Shown: positions 46,833 to 57,843 of the stretch, piece after piece
Numbering within the stretch: the first letter of the stretch is position 1
Layout: every line of letters starts with the position of its first letter
IMG/VR virus record: IMGVR_UViG_2974753081_000001
Coordinates: 1 to 64,000 of that record
Length of the DNA stretch: 64,000 nucleotides
Reading direction: 5' to 3' (one strand)
From: a virus
Taxonomy: Duplodnaviria; Caudoviricetes
The notes under the pieces: generated by a model
Told to the model about the DNA's origin: nothing
The model's input: the letters and a program-made list of their open reading frames with translations, nothing else
The model's database searches: none
Program-made: the position numbers and the translations under genes

Positions 46833-49489
46833 CCGGCCCAGGTGCAGGTCCCGTCGTCGGCGCTCCCGCGTCTTTCAAGACCCTGGTGTACTCGCCGGAG
46901 GTCTACATCATCATCGAAGGCATCGATGTCTCTGCCGACATCGTGCGCGGCGGCGTCAATCGAGTCACGGGCGGCGCGAGCAGCCTGGAGTTCACCTTGT
47001 CGAACAAGGGTGGCCGCTACAACAACAAGTTCCGCCGAATGGACCGCGTCGTCTGTTACATGAAGCGGATCAACAAGGTCCAGGTGTTCTCCGGCTACCT
47101 CGATCTGGTGCCGGGCCTGCAGCTCTACCCCTCGACGGTGACTTTCCGTGCCAGCTGCACCATCAAGCGCATCCTGTACATGTACTGGGACCCAGGTCTG
47201 CCCGAGTCGATGCGTATCCTCAACCAGCGGTCGATCCCGTTCGGAAAGAACGCGCCGACGGCTGCCATCGGCGACACTCCTGACGACCGCGCCGACGCCT
47301 CCGATCCGCCCTCCCCGGCCAAGACTCCGTCCTCGGGCAGCAAGGCCCCGCCCAACTTCACCCAGGAGGAGTGGGATCGGCTGATGTATCCCTACTCCCC
47401 GGCCAACGGGAAGGGGGACCAGCCGAGCGCCAATGACCGTAACGGCTCCAATGACCCGAGGAAGCAGCAGGACACCGGCCTGGGCAACATGCTGAAGGCC
47501 GTGCTGAATCAGGTCGGTGGCTGGGACATGGATCAGATCTGGGTCCAGACGTTCCCGGCGTCGTTCCTCGGCTACATCAAGGAGCAGATGCCCGGCATCG
47601 AGAACATGAACGAGGAGGCCGTCCAGGCTTTCAAGGACATGTTCGAGTTCGAGGCCGGTGGTGGCGGCGGAGGCGGAGGTGGCGGCGGTGACATGGGCGA
47701 CGCCGTGTTCACCACCATCGGCCCTCCGGCCAACGGCTCGGCGTACTCCAACGAGGAGATCGTCTGGATCGTCACCAACGCCGGGTGGCGCGGCGAGGAC
47801 GTCGTCATCGGGTCCTCGATCATCAAGGCCGAGTCGGGCGGCAATCCCGGCGCTATCAACACCGCGAACTCCGACGGCTCAGTCGACCGAGGGCTCTGGC
47901 AGATCAACTCGATTCACGACGACATGATGCCCGGCCAGAATCGCTTCGACCCGGCGGTGAGCACGGCCATCGCTCGGCAGCTGTACAAGGGGCGCGGCAA
48001 CACCTGGAACGACTGGTCGACGCTGGTCTACCACGGAACCGCGCAGCAGCACTTCGCGACGTTCCGACCGCTGGTGGCTGGCGGCGGCAAGATGCCCCCT
48101 GGCACCAAGCTGAAGTCGGGGCAGTCGGCGGGGTCCACCAGCGGTGGCGGCGCTCCGAAGCCTGGCGGTCTCGGTGCGGGGGCGGCTGTCGGCGGGAGCA
48201 GCAAGCCCGACGACAAGAAGCCCGCCAAAGCTGCCGAGCCCTACGGCATGCCTCCGGGCACCAACATCACCTACGGCGCACCCGGTTTTCCGGCGTGGTG
48301 CTATGAGATCGGCAAGCAGTTCGGCGTTCAGCCTTCCACCTACCCTGGTCATCAGGAGTCCGATCGCAACGAGCCCGGTTACGCACCGAACCCGAAGGGC
48401 CTCAACCGAGGCATCGACTGGTCTGGTCCGGTCGACAAGATGCAGAAGTTCGCCGAGTACCTGCATGCGAACGCGCCGAGCATGCCGCAGCTGGAGCAGA
48501 TCATCTGGATGAACCCGAACACCGGCCAGAAGATCGGGTGGGCGGGAAACCACAGTGACTCGCCGAGCTTCAGCTACTTCTCTTCCGCCTACGGCGGTCA
48601 CCAGGACCACGTTCACACCCGGCAGTCGGAGTCGCTGAATGGCTCGGGCAGCATGGACGGCGCAGCCGGTGGCGGCGGTTCCGGAGGCAGCTCGGGCTCG
48701 GACCGTCTGGCGCAGAACATCTTCACGTACATGTTCGACGGCCAGGGCTATAACCAGCAGATTTCGCTGCTGCTGAAGGGCCGTATGGCCTCGCTGAACG
48801 ACGAGCCGCTGATCAAGACCGTGCGGGCGTTGTCGGAGGCGGGCATGCGCGAGTTCCAGTCGGCCCCCAACGGCGACTTCATCGCGTTCTACCCGGACTA
48901 CTTCGGCCTGGACAACACCGCTCCGGTGCTGAAGCTGGAGGACGTCGAGATCAAGAACGTGTCGATCTCGATCAACGACGACGCTCTGACGACGCACGTG
49001 TTCACAATGGGCGCGAGCACTCCGGTCGGCGGCATGATCCCCAACACCACGCTGGGCTACATGCGCTCGCCGGGAACCGTCACCGTCGAGGACGAGTGGC
49101 TGTTCAAGCGCGCCACCGAGGGATCGTTCTTCCAGTCGGATGCGAAGGACGCCAAGGAGCTGCTGAACCGGTTCGGTGTGCGCCCGCTGCAGCGGACCTA
49201 CCCGAACATCTACCAGGAGGGCAACCAGGAGGTGATGCTGCTCATCGCGATCAAGCTGTTCATGCAGAAGTGGGCCGAGCAGTATCAGACCTCGGTGAGC
49301 TTCACCTTCATGCCGGAGCTGTATCCCGGCATGCGTATCGAGCTGGTCGGCCACGATCTCGCGGTCTACGTGAAGTCGGTGACCCACACCTTCGACTACG
49401 AGTCCGGCTTCACCACCTCGGCGCAGGTCATGGCTCCGATGTCGATCTCGCGCTCGCCGATGGGCGCGGCCAAGGAGGCGAGGAAGTAG
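46829..49489 (+). CDS. Baseplate hub with lytic transglycosylase and Zn-peptidase-like insertions
   Basis: AESGGNPGA..DRGLWQIN (SLT/lysozyme-like); YPGH..GIDW..EQIIW..HQDHVH; hub C-terminus PELYPGMRIEL. Confidence 0.8.
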   Translation: MTGPGAGPVVGAPASFKTLVYSPEVYIIIEGIDVSADIVRGGVNRVTGGASSLEFTLSNKGGRYNNKFRRMDRVVCYMKRINKVQVFSGYLDLVPGLQLYPSTVTFRASCTIKRILYMYWDPGLPESMRILNQRSIPFGKNAPTAAIGDTPDDRADASDPPSPAKTPSSGSKAPPNFTQEEWDRLMYPYSPANGKGDQPSANDRNGSNDPRKQQDTGLGNMLKAVLNQVGGWDMDQIWVQTFPASFLGYIKEQMPGIENMNEEAVQAFKDMFEFEAGGGGGGGGGGGDMGDAVFTTIGPPANGSAYSNEEIVWIVTNAGWRGEDVVIGSSIIKAESGGNPGAINTANSDGSVDRGLWQINSIHDDMMPGQNRFDPAVSTAIARQLYKGRGNTWNDWSTLVYHGTAQQHFATFRPLVAGGGKMPPGTKLKSGQSAGSTSGGGAPKPGGLGAGAAVGGSSKPDDKKPAKAAEPYGMPPGTNITYGAPGFPAWCYEIGKQFGVQPSTYPGHQESDRNEPGYAPNPKGLNRGIDWSGPVDKMQKFAEYLHANAPSMPQLEQIIWMNPNTGQKIGWAGNHSDSPSFSYFSSAYGGHQDHVHTRQSESLNGSGSMDGAAGGGGSGGSSGSDRLAQNIFTYMFDGQGYNQQISLLLKGRMASLNDEPLIKTVRALSEAGMREFQSAPNGDFIAFYPDYFGLDNTAPVLKLEDVEIKNVSISINDDALTTHVFTMGASTPVGGMIPNTTLGYMRSPGTVTVEDEWLFKRATEGSFFQSDAKDAKELLNRFGVRPLQRTYPNIYQEGNQEVMLLIAIKLFMQKWAEQYQTSVSFTFMPELYPGMRIELVGHDLAVYVKSVTHTFDYESGFTTSAQVMAPMSISRSPMGAAKEARK

Positions 49490-50304
49490 TGGCCTTCCCA
49501 CCGCTGGACCCGCGCGCGAGGCCGACTCGGGCAATGGTCGCCATTACCGACATCAACCTGGACACCAACTCCTACTCCGGCTACAACCCGCAGATGGGCA
49601 CGCTGAGTGTCCGGGCCAGCATGCAGCCGGGCGGGCATATCTCGATCCCCGCTGTCGGCGAGCAGTGGCTGGTGGAGAACCTGGCGGGGCAGTGGGTGCT
49701 GGTCTCCAAGACCGACTGGCTGGATGAGCGCGTCACGGCCATCCCCAACCAGGAGGGCATGGACGTCATCGGTTCGATGAACGGACCGACCTACATCACC
49801 GGCTCGCGCGTGGAGCTGCCGCAGACGGTCTGGCTGTCCGGGGTCGAGCTGCGGGTCCACCCCGACACCCACATGCTGCAGTACCGCTCCGGCGAGACCT
49901 GGGTGAACATGGTCGCCGACAGCGGGCCGAGCGGGTCGGTCCCCACCCGCGTCGCCTTCATCCAGACGCTCGGCGTCCGGGCGCTGGGCACCGGCCAGGT
50001 TCCCGAGGGCGTCCGGCCCGGCCCCTGCACACTCACCGAGGTGACCTACGAGTTCGGCACCGCTGACTCGGGTAGCTCGACAGTTGTGGAGCTGCGCAAG
50101 AACGGCACGATGCTGGCGGGCAGCCAGCTCACGGTCTCAGCCGCCAACCAGGCGATCGGCGCGGGAACCGAGGCGGCGCGGACGGCGACAGGCACCTGGA
50201 GCTTCGCCAAGGGCGACGTGCTGACGGTCAATATCACCTCCATCGGCACCGGCCCCGGCCAGCGGCTGACGGCGCACCTCTACGGCACCACGGGGCTGTC
50301 ATGA
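49489..50304 (+). CDS. Baseplate spike/minor tail protein
   Basis: GTG overlapping the hub stop; IPAVGEQWLVE OB-like spike motif. Confidence 0.65.
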   Translation: MAFPPLDPRARPTRAMVAITDINLDTNSYSGYNPQMGTLSVRASMQPGGHISIPAVGEQWLVENLAGQWVLVSKTDWLDERVTAIPNQEGMDVIGSMNGPTYITGSRVELPQTVWLSGVELRVHPDTHMLQYRSGETWVNMVADSGPSGSVPTRVAFIQTLGVRALGTGQVPEGVRPGPCTLTEVTYEFGTADSGSSTVVELRKNGTMLAGSQLTVSAANQAIGAGTEAARTATGTWSFAKGDVLTVNITSIGTGPGQRLTAHLYGTTGLS

Positions 50305-50972
50305 TCGTCGTGCGGCCACCGTCATCTCCGCGATCGACGGCCTACCCCAATGCGCTCTCGTTCTCGACGGCGGCGGGCGCGTCCGGAACGACGACGGCGG
50401 TCAACATGCCCTCGGGAATCCAGGCGGGCGACCGGCTGATGATGTTCGTCAACAGCTGGGGTACGGGCTTCTCGGGTGGGGGTTCGGGGTTCACTGAGCT
50501 AGCTCGCGCCGACGATCCGGACTATGCGGGCGTGACCTGCTGGACCAAGGTGGCCACGGCGAGCGAGCCGACGTCGATGGTGCTCTCCGGGTTCGCCTCC
50601 GGCGACCCCCGCACGATCCTGGTGGTTCGCATGCAGCCGAGCACACCTCATGCGGTCTCGGAGTACAAGCAGCCGGGCACCGTCACCCCGCACTACTCTC
50701 CGAATCTCCTGGTGCTCAAGCCCAACTGCTACCACTTCCGGGCGGTGGGGTCGCAGATGTACGACACGTCCCCGACGGTCTACACCTGGGACACCACCCG
50801 GCTCAGCTACCTCTCGCGACAAAGCGAGAACTCGGGCACGCAGTACTACTCGAATCTGGCGGTCGGCGTCCAGATCAACATCGAGGCGCAGGAGATGCCC
50901 AGCTACGTCCACAACCCGTCCAATCCGTCCGCGTGCTACGGCTACGGAGCGATCTCAGTGGCTCTGGTCTGA
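50301..50972 (+). CDS. Minor tail protein
   Basis: PSGIQAGDRL beta-sandwich motif typical of actinophage tail proteins. Confidence 0.65.
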   Translation: MIVVRPPSSPRSTAYPNALSFSTAAGASGTTTAVNMPSGIQAGDRLMMFVNSWGTGFSGGGSGFTELARADDPDYAGVTCWTKVATASEPTSMVLSGFASGDPRTILVVRMQPSTPHAVSEYKQPGTVTPHYSPNLLVLKPNCYHFRAVGSQMYDTSPTVYTWDTTRLSYLSRQSENSGTQYYSNLAVGVQINIEAQEMPSYVHNPSNPSACYGYGAISVALV

Positions 50973-51001
50973 CAGACTGAGACGGAAGGAGGAGAGGTCC
51001 C

Positions 51002-51415
51002 ATGAGTTTTTCCCTGAAGGTGGTGGACGGTGACATCGCAACCATCGGTTCGACCACCAACATCGTCTACGGCGTGGAGAAGCTGAAGCAGGACATCTCC
51101 ATCTGGCTGCGCGAGCGGTACCAGTCCGACCGGTTCCATCTCGCCTACGGCTCGATCCTGGACGGCTTCATCGGTGACGTGATTGATGACTCGACGGCCT
51201 ACATGGTGCAGGCCGAGGTCCAGCGCGTGCTCCAGAACTACCAGTCGCTGCAGTACCGTCTGCTGAAGGAGCACCCTGAGCGGCTGTCGGCGGACGAGAT
51301 TCTGGTCGCGATTCTCGACATTCGTACCCGCGTCAACTACGACACCGTGGAAGTGACCATCCGATTCAGCACCGGGTCTAGGGACGTGGAGCAGATGTCC
51401 GTGGCTATCCAGTAG
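51002..51415 (+). CDS. Baseplate wedge, gp25/W-like
   Basis: 137 aa before baseplate J; DRFH..YGS motif. Confidence 0.75.
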   Translation: MSFSLKVVDGDIATIGSTTNIVYGVEKLKQDISIWLRERYQSDRFHLAYGSILDGFIGDVIDDSTAYMVQAEVQRVLQNYQSLQYRLLKEHPERLSADEILVAILDIRTRVNYDTVEVTIRFSTGSRDVEQMSVAIQ

Positions 51416-51425
51416 GAGAGAAAAA

Positions 51426-53192
51426 ATGGCAAGGACACCGGCTCGCGTGTCGCAGGACATCATCGCGAACCTCAACACGACCCTCCCCGGCTTGTCGCTG
51501 GAGATCGGCACGCCCGAGCGCAAGATCATCGACGCGGTGGGCGAGGCCGTCGCCGAGGGCTACCTGGATCAGTACGTCACCGGCACCACCCTCGACATCG
51601 ACACCAAGGCCGGGCTGGAGCTGGAGCAGTTCGTCGGTATCTTCGGCTTCGGTCGGCTCCAGGGGCGCAAGGCCACGGGCATGGTCCACGTCGAGATGAG
51701 CGTCCCGGCGGCGCAGGACATCCAGTTCCCTGCGTCGTCGCAGTTCTTTTTCCGCAGCGAGGGTGACGGCGGCACCCCGCTGTTCTTCTACTCAACCCAG
51801 CCCGCTGTGCTCGTGGCCGGAACCAACAGCGTCGACATCCCGGTGGAATGCACCGTGGCCGGAACCATCGGCAACGTCCCGCCCGGCACGATCAGCTCGA
51901 CCTCGGCTGCTATCGGATCGACCTCGGTCACCAACCTGACCCCGATGACCGGCGGCGTGGACGTCGAGACCGACGACGACCTCCGCCAGCGGTTCAAGAA
52001 CACGTTCCTGCGCAACATCGCGGGCACCGAGGACTTCTATCGCTCGCTGTGTATCGCGAACTACCACGTCTCCAAGGTCGCGATCTACGGCCCGACCACG
52101 ATGTATCGGACCCAGGTCGCGGTGCCGTCGGGCTCGGTCGTGCTCCCGGTCCACCAGGACGTGAAGTACGTGTGGCCGGAGACGCAGAGCGTGTTCAAGA
52201 ACCTCGCGCAGCCCGGCGAGGTGTTCTACACCCCCGGCGGCGTCGACTACACCTGGGGCTCGGGCTCGCAGGCCACCCTGACCCGCAATGCCAGCGGCGC
52301 GATGGTCGCAGGCGAGATCGTGGACGTGGAGTTCGAGTACACGACGCGGTCCAGTCGCAACGTCCCGGCCAGCGGCATCCTGAACAAGATCGACATCTTC
52401 GTGGACGGCCTGGACCCGCTCAGCGTCAGCGAGAAGTCGGTCGTGTCGAACACGCTGTTCTCGAATACGACCACCGACCCGCTGTACGTGAACAACTTCG
52501 TCCGTGTCGGCATCGGCACCGCTCCCTCGGCGTCGAACCGATTCATGCGGCTGGGCTCGGTGCCCGTCGTCGCCTTCCCGAACACGTTGGTCATCAAGGA
52601 CCCGTCCAGTTCGGTCACCACGACCTACACCCGAGGCACCCACTACCACCTGGTCCAGGGCACCACGCTGGTGGCGGGCTCCGAGCGTGAGATCGCGGGC
52701 ATTGAGTGGCTGCCTGCTCCGACCGGACCGGCCAACGGCACTCCGGTGACGGTGACCTACAGCTACAACCGCGTGCCCGAGCTACTGAACGCGATGATAA
52801 AAAATGCCAAGCAGATCACTACCGATGTGCTCGTGCATCAGGCCGAGTGGCGCTACCTCCGGGTGTACCTGGACGTCGAGTACGACCGGGGCATCAGCAT
52901 TGAGCAGGCCAACGCCAACATCCAGACCGCGCTGCGGGCGTTCTTCGGCTCCATGCAGTTCGGTTCCTGGGTCGAGATGAGCGACATCGCGGCGGTGGTC
53001 CACGCGGTGGTCGGCGTCGACAACGTGGTCGTGACGCCGTCGGCCAACAACGCGACCGACTACGGCGTGAAGGTCTACAACACCGCCGATGCGGTCAACC
53101 CGCTGTCGACCAACGCCATCGATTTCAAGCTGAACGACAACCAGCTGCCCGCGTTCCTGGACGCGGTCATCACCCGCAAGGCCAATCGGTAG
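51426..53192 (+). CDS. Baseplate J-like protein
   Basis: CTVAGTIGNV...GGVDVETDDDLRQR motif. Confidence 0.92.
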   Translation: MARTPARVSQDIIANLNTTLPGLSLEIGTPERKIIDAVGEAVAEGYLDQYVTGTTLDIDTKAGLELEQFVGIFGFGRLQGRKATGMVHVEMSVPAAQDIQFPASSQFFFRSEGDGGTPLFFYSTQPAVLVAGTNSVDIPVECTVAGTIGNVPPGTISSTSAAIGSTSVTNLTPMTGGVDVETDDDLRQRFKNTFLRNIAGTEDFYRSLCIANYHVSKVAIYGPTTMYRTQVAVPSGSVVLPVHQDVKYVWPETQSVFKNLAQPGEVFYTPGGVDYTWGSGSQATLTRNASGAMVAGEIVDVEFEYTTRSSRNVPASGILNKIDIFVDGLDPLSVSEKSVVSNTLFSNTTTDPLYVNNFVRVGIGTAPSASNRFMRLGSVPVVAFPNTLVIKDPSSSVTTTYTRGTHYHLVQGTTLVAGSEREIAGIEWLPAPTGPANGTPVTVTYSYNRVPELLNAMIKNAKQITTDVLVHQAEWRYLRVYLDVEYDRGISIEQANANIQTALRAFFGSMQFGSWVEMSDIAAVVHAVVGVDNVVVTPSANNATDYGVKVYNTADAVNPLSTNAIDFKLNDNQLPAFLDAVITRKANR

Positions 53193-53199
53193 GTGACCA

Positions 53200-54558
53200 A
53201 TGTCTGACTTCCCGCTGCTGCCACCCAAGTCCATCGAGGCCCGGCTCGCTCACTTCGACGAGACGGTGTATCGGGCGGACAGCTCGACGGTGCTCTACAA
53301 GCTGCTCGACGCTCTCTGTGGCGACGCGGGCGCGGGCGACCTGAAGAAGGGCGCGTTCCTGCGGCGGCTGAGTCAGTCCCTGGAGAACGTGTACTTCTCG
53401 GACCTGGACTACATCTTCGGTGGCATGGGGTTCCTGTCGCGGTCGTCGGAGGAGACCTACCCCTACGACCCGACCAATGACATGCTGACCTCGGATCAGT
53501 GGGATGAGGTCCGGGTCAAGGACGCCTGGTATCGAGCCCGCATCCGCGATTTCTTCATCGCGGCTGGCAAGGGCGGCACTCCGCAGGGCATCCGGCTGGC
53601 GTGCATGGCGGCGACCTCGGTCGACTGTGACATCCACGAGGTCTGGCGCTACCTGGACAACTTCGGCATCAGCGCCGCGCTCGGTCGCTCGCCGGTCTCG
53701 ACTCGCAACGAGTTCGTGGTCCGTCCGCACAAGGCGTCGCTGACCGAGAAGGAGAAGCGCCTGCTGCTGCAGATGCTCAACCGCATCGCTCCGGCGGACA
53801 CCGTGGTCACCGTGAACACCGGCGGTCTCGCGGTCCACACTCCGATCATCCCCAAGACCGCTGCGGCGGATTCGTCGTACTTCGAGGTGCAGAAGGTCGT
53901 CACCGGCACGCCGATCCTCGCCGAGCTGCCCCCGCCTGAGCTGCTGGCCATCGACCTGCGACCGAGTGAGAAGTGGCTGCTGTCGGGCGATCCTTCGACG
54001 GCTCCGTATGCCGCGTTCAACATCACCCAGGAGTACGGCTACTACTACCTCGCCTCCGGCGGTGCCCGATCGCCGGTCGACTCGGTGCTCTACGGCACGC
54101 TGGCCGACAACGGTGCGTTCAAGCCTGAGACCAACTTCGAGAGCTTCCAGGTCATCGAGCAGTTCACCGCCTGGATGGAGTACGACCGCGCCGACAGCCC
54201 GGACAACTTCCCCGGTGGTAAGTTCGGTCTGACGCCGGATGCGGCCCCGGCAAAGAACCCCGACGGCACTCCGTATGTGTTCCGGTACGAGAGCCAGCAG
54301 GAGTTCGTGAACAAGGTCAAGGCCGAGGTGATCTCTGGAGGCGGAGAGGCGGACGACTTGCGCTACCGGCTGCCGATCATCGCGTCGTCGTCGTCCAAGA
54401 AGACGTTCACCCCCGATCTCGCTGTCGCCTGGAATCCGCCGACGAAGGACTCCACGGTGACCAAGGCGTGGACCTCGGGCACTCCGTATCAGGCGTCGGC
54501 CACAACCAACCACGACAACCCGTGGTCGGTCGGACTCAACCTTGGGCTGGTGCCATGA
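53200..54558 (+). CDS. Baseplate wedge (gpI-like)
   Basis: YRARI...GGTPQGI motif after baseplate J. Confidence 0.7.
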   Translation: MSDFPLLPPKSIEARLAHFDETVYRADSSTVLYKLLDALCGDAGAGDLKKGAFLRRLSQSLENVYFSDLDYIFGGMGFLSRSSEETYPYDPTNDMLTSDQWDEVRVKDAWYRARIRDFFIAAGKGGTPQGIRLACMAATSVDCDIHEVWRYLDNFGISAALGRSPVSTRNEFVVRPHKASLTEKEKRLLLQMLNRIAPADTVVTVNTGGLAVHTPIIPKTAAADSSYFEVQKVVTGTPILAELPPPELLAIDLRPSEKWLLSGDPSTAPYAAFNITQEYGYYYLASGGARSPVDSVLYGTLADNGAFKPETNFESFQVIEQFTAWMEYDRADSPDNFPGGKFGLTPDAAPAKNPDGTPYVFRYESQQEFVNKVKAEVISGGGEADDLRYRLPIIASSSSKKTFTPDLAVAWNPPTKDSTVTKAWTSGTPYQASATTNHDNPWSVGLNLGLVP

Positions 54559-57500
54559 CCGGACTGTATTTCGAGTTCCACTTCCCGCTGAGCCTGCGTG
54601 ACCTCATCGTCAACCTGCTCAACTTCAAGAACTTCGACCCGAAGAACCCGGTTCCGCCGACCGACACCAGCACGCGGCAGTGGTTCTCGCAGCCGCGCGT
54701 GTCCACCGACGAGACCGTGGAGACCATCCGCGTCAACTACAAGCTGCCGTTGTCGGTCTCGGAGGTCTCGGTCGAGGTCGCGCGCGTGCCCTGCCGGGTG
54801 GAGTTCTGGTACAAGGACCGGTCGAACAACTGGCTGCAGATGCGCGACCGTCAGCGCGTGCCGGTCGGCTTGAACGTCGCCGGTTCCTCTGCGGCGTCGG
54901 CAAGCTGGTACCGCTACACCTCGACGGTCTACCCCATCGTCGCCAAGGCGGTCGAGGTTCGGATCGTCCGTACGCCGGACCCCACTGCTGCCAACCGCCC
55001 GTACTCGGTCGGCCTGATGAACCTGCTCGTGAAGCGCAACGTCTACGAGCGCAACCAGGGGGTGCAGTACCTGGAGGAGGAGCAGGACGTCCTCGGCAAC
55101 GTCATCTCGAAGTACATCAAGGACTGGGACGCCTCCAAGGCCATCGACCACGATGCCTCGACGTACTGGAAGTCCGGTCCCATGCCGGACCCGAGCGCGG
55201 TGGTTTCGTGCTACCTGGACGTGCGGACCCCCAGCGGCATGCCGCAGGCGATGGACCAGCTCTACATCGACCCGGTTCACTCCGGCCAGCACCTGAACCT
55301 GTACTACTCCAACGACGACACCGTGGTGTCGCGGCGCATCTCGCCGATCTCACTCGTGCCCGACCTGGACAACAACACCGACTGGCGCGTGAACATCGGT
55401 CGCTGGGACCTGTCGAACCAGACGATGCAGGACGCCCACTACGAGTTCCCGTCGCAGTGGGGACCCAAGCTGCGCCAGCCCGCGTGGTTCGGTGTCGAGT
55501 GGACCCCCGATTTCGACCCGCTCAACGGGCCGTCGCTGTTCCCGATCCTGTTCAAGGTGATCTCGCCGCCCAACTCTGAGGGGTGGGCTCCGGAGGTCAC
55601 CTACGACCCCGGCGCGGGCACGTTCAACCTCACGTTCCGCCACGGCGGCGACGCTCCGGTGACCTACAGCGCGCCGATGACCAACGCCTTTCGCAAGGAC
55701 GAGCCCGTCCGGCTGGTCGCTGGCTGGGCCTACGACCCGGACCGCTTCATCCTGAAGGTGGTCGACCGTCGCGGTGCGGTCATCGCACAGACCTCGGGCA
55801 ACACCGAGACGGTGCCGGACCTGATCACCTTCGACAGCTCGATTCAGTTCCGCCGGTTCCGGGGGACCCTGACGGCCACTGTGCTGAAGCTGCAGGAGTG
55901 GACCGGGGAGATCGACCAGTTCTTCGCGAACCCGATCACCTACGTCAACCCCGACCCCGTGCTGCCCGATGTCCAGGGCGTGGTGCCTCCGTCGTCTCTG
56001 GACGACGCCATCTACGCGGCGGACTGGACGCAGCAGGAGCATGGCATCGGCGGCATCGACCACACCGAGTTCGCCTCGAAGGAGTGGACGCCGATCTGGC
56101 AGAACTACGTGGCCGAGAAGGGCACGCTGAACCTGCCGCAGATGATTTCGGCGAAGTATCTGAAGCTGGAGTTCACCAACCTCACCGAGGAGCCGTACCC
56201 GATCTACGAGTCGGGCATCGACGTCAGCTACAAAGTGTTCCCGATCTCGGTCCAGCAGGTCTCGGAGATGGGGCCGAAGCTCTACACCGGCTCCGAGGTC
56301 GGCGGGCTGCTCGGCGTGGCGAACCTCAACGGCATCAAGAGCCTGAACTGGTTCAACCCGTTCGCCGTCATCGGCGCGGGGCTGTCGATCATAACTCCGC
56401 AGACCGAGCCGGTCCGCGTCGATACCGGTCCGGGTTACGTCACCAACGCGCTGCCGCACCAGCTCGATAGCTCGATCACCAAGAGCTACCGAGCTGAGTT
56501 GTCGAGCACGCAGGTCTATCGGCGTGACGTGATCGACCCCTACGTGCTCGCCGAGGATCAGTACTACACCACGATCAAGGGCGAGGGGTTGGCGAAGCTG
56601 CAGCCGTTCACCAACATCCCGTGGGCGGAGATCGAGGCCGCGAATCCCGGCGTCATCAGCCACAAGAACCAGCTCGGCTCCATCCCGGTGCGGGGCACGG
56701 ACTGGTGGATTTTCCCCGGCCAGTCGCTGCGCATCCCGGCCTCGGTCATGGAGCGAATCACCTCGACGTCGACCGTCACCGAGCGCAAGGCCACGCTGTC
56801 GACCCGCGTTCGTTTCACCACGACGGCGGTCCATCGCTATGAGACCCGGACGCTGCGCCGGGACGCGGCCATTGCCTACTTCGCCGGTCTCCGCGAGGTC
56901 ATGCCTATGATCTCCAGCTTCATCTTCGGCGTGGACAAGGAGGAGTTCGACTTCCCGTTCTACTCGCCGTCGCAATGGAACTACACGAACATCCGGACCA
57001 CCCCGAACTCAGTGGTGACCTACGACAACACCGCTGGGCCGTCCGGCCACGGCGAGATGTACTTCACGCTGCAGACCCACTCGAATTTCGCCAAGATGAA
57101 GGCCAATTTCCGAGACTCGGGGATGCTGCGCGGCGAGGCGATGTGGTCGTCTGCCGACTCCGACAAGCTCTCGCCGTATGCCAAGCTGCTGCCGACGAAC
57201 ATCGAGGGCTCGATGTGGTCGGACGCCTTCGTGCAGTGGAACGATCCCGCTGCGCCGTGGGGCGCTGTGCGCGGCGTCGTCGCGGCCAACCTGGACCCGG
57301 ACCGCCGGTACCAGGGACGCCGCGTGCTGCGGGTGTCGCGCGTGGCCGGTGCCGGTGAGGCGGGCATCTCGCTGCTGCAGAAGACCCACTACATCGCGGG
57401 CGCGCTGTTCCGGCTCGGCTGCGTGATCTACAAGCCGTTCGACAACGACAACGTCATCCTGCTGCGACTGGTGCGGACCTCCGACAACGCTGTGATCTAC

Positions 57501-57842
57501 GAGACCCCGGTGCAGGCGACGGCGGGCCGTTGGACCGACTTCACCACGGAGCTGGTGGAGGTCCCGGCGGGCGACCAGGAGTACCGGATCAACCTGGTCT
57601 CGACCGGCGACGAGGCCGATGAGCTGTATATCAGCGACGTCTACTCGGAGCTGTGCCACGTGCGCTACTTCATGCAGCTGGGGTCGGGCGGGTTCACGCA
57701 CGAGGTCACCGACCTGCGCTACAAGGACACCGCTGCGGTGGCCGTAACTACGCCGGTCAATCAGGCGACGGTGCGGACGGTGATCATGAGCGATGAGGGG
57801 TTCGCCTACGGCTGCACGCTGACGCCGCAATATCTGCAGTGA
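54555..57842 (+). CDS. Large baseplate / minor tail protein
   Basis: About 1095 aa, beta-rich; ATGA overlap; last gene of the tail operon. Confidence 0.75.
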   Translation: MTGLYFEFHFPLSLRDLIVNLLNFKNFDPKNPVPPTDTSTRQWFSQPRVSTDETVETIRVNYKLPLSVSEVSVEVARVPCRVEFWYKDRSNNWLQMRDRQRVPVGLNVAGSSAASASWYRYTSTVYPIVAKAVEVRIVRTPDPTAANRPYSVGLMNLLVKRNVYERNQGVQYLEEEQDVLGNVISKYIKDWDASKAIDHDASTYWKSGPMPDPSAVVSCYLDVRTPSGMPQAMDQLYIDPVHSGQHLNLYYSNDDTVVSRRISPISLVPDLDNNTDWRVNIGRWDLSNQTMQDAHYEFPSQWGPKLRQPAWFGVEWTPDFDPLNGPSLFPILFKVISPPNSEGWAPEVTYDPGAGTFNLTFRHGGDAPVTYSAPMTNAFRKDEPVRLVAGWAYDPDRFILKVVDRRGAVIAQTSGNTETVPDLITFDSSIQFRRFRGTLTATVLKLQEWTGEIDQFFANPITYVNPDPVLPDVQGVVPPSSLDDAIYAADWTQQEHGIGGIDHTEFASKEWTPIWQNYVAEKGTLNLPQMISAKYLKLEFTNLTEEPYPIYESGIDVSYKVFPISVQQVSEMGPKLYTGSEVGGLLGVANLNGIKSLNWFNPFAVIGAGLSIITPQTEPVRVDTGPGYVTNALPHQLDSSITKSYRAELSSTQVYRRDVIDPYVLAEDQYYTTIKGEGLAKLQPFTNIPWAEIEAANPGVISHKNQLGSIPVRGTDWWIFPGQSLRIPASVMERITSTSTVTERKATLSTRVRFTTTAVHRYETRTLRRDAAIAYFAGLREVMPMISSFIFGVDKEEFDFPFYSPSQWNYTNIRTTPNSVVTYDNTAGPSGHGEMYFTLQTHSNFAKMKANFRDSGMLRGEAMWSSADSDKLSPYAKLLPTNIEGSMWSDAFVQWNDPAAPWGAVRGVVAANLDPDRRYQGRRVLRVSRVAGAGEAGISLLQKTHYIAGALFRLGCVIYKPFDNDNVILLRLVRTSDNAVIYETPVQATAGRWTDFTTELVEVPAGDQEYRINLVSTGDEADELYISDVYSELCHVRYFMQLGSGGFTHEVTDLRYKDTAAVAVTTPVNQATVRTVIMSDEGFAYGCTLTPQYLQ

Positions 57843-57843
57843 C

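Noticed and set aside
47655..47690. GGY/GGA triplet runs (also near 43507-43545) as contingency repeats
   Set aside because: Imperfect codon runs encoding poly-Gly linkers.
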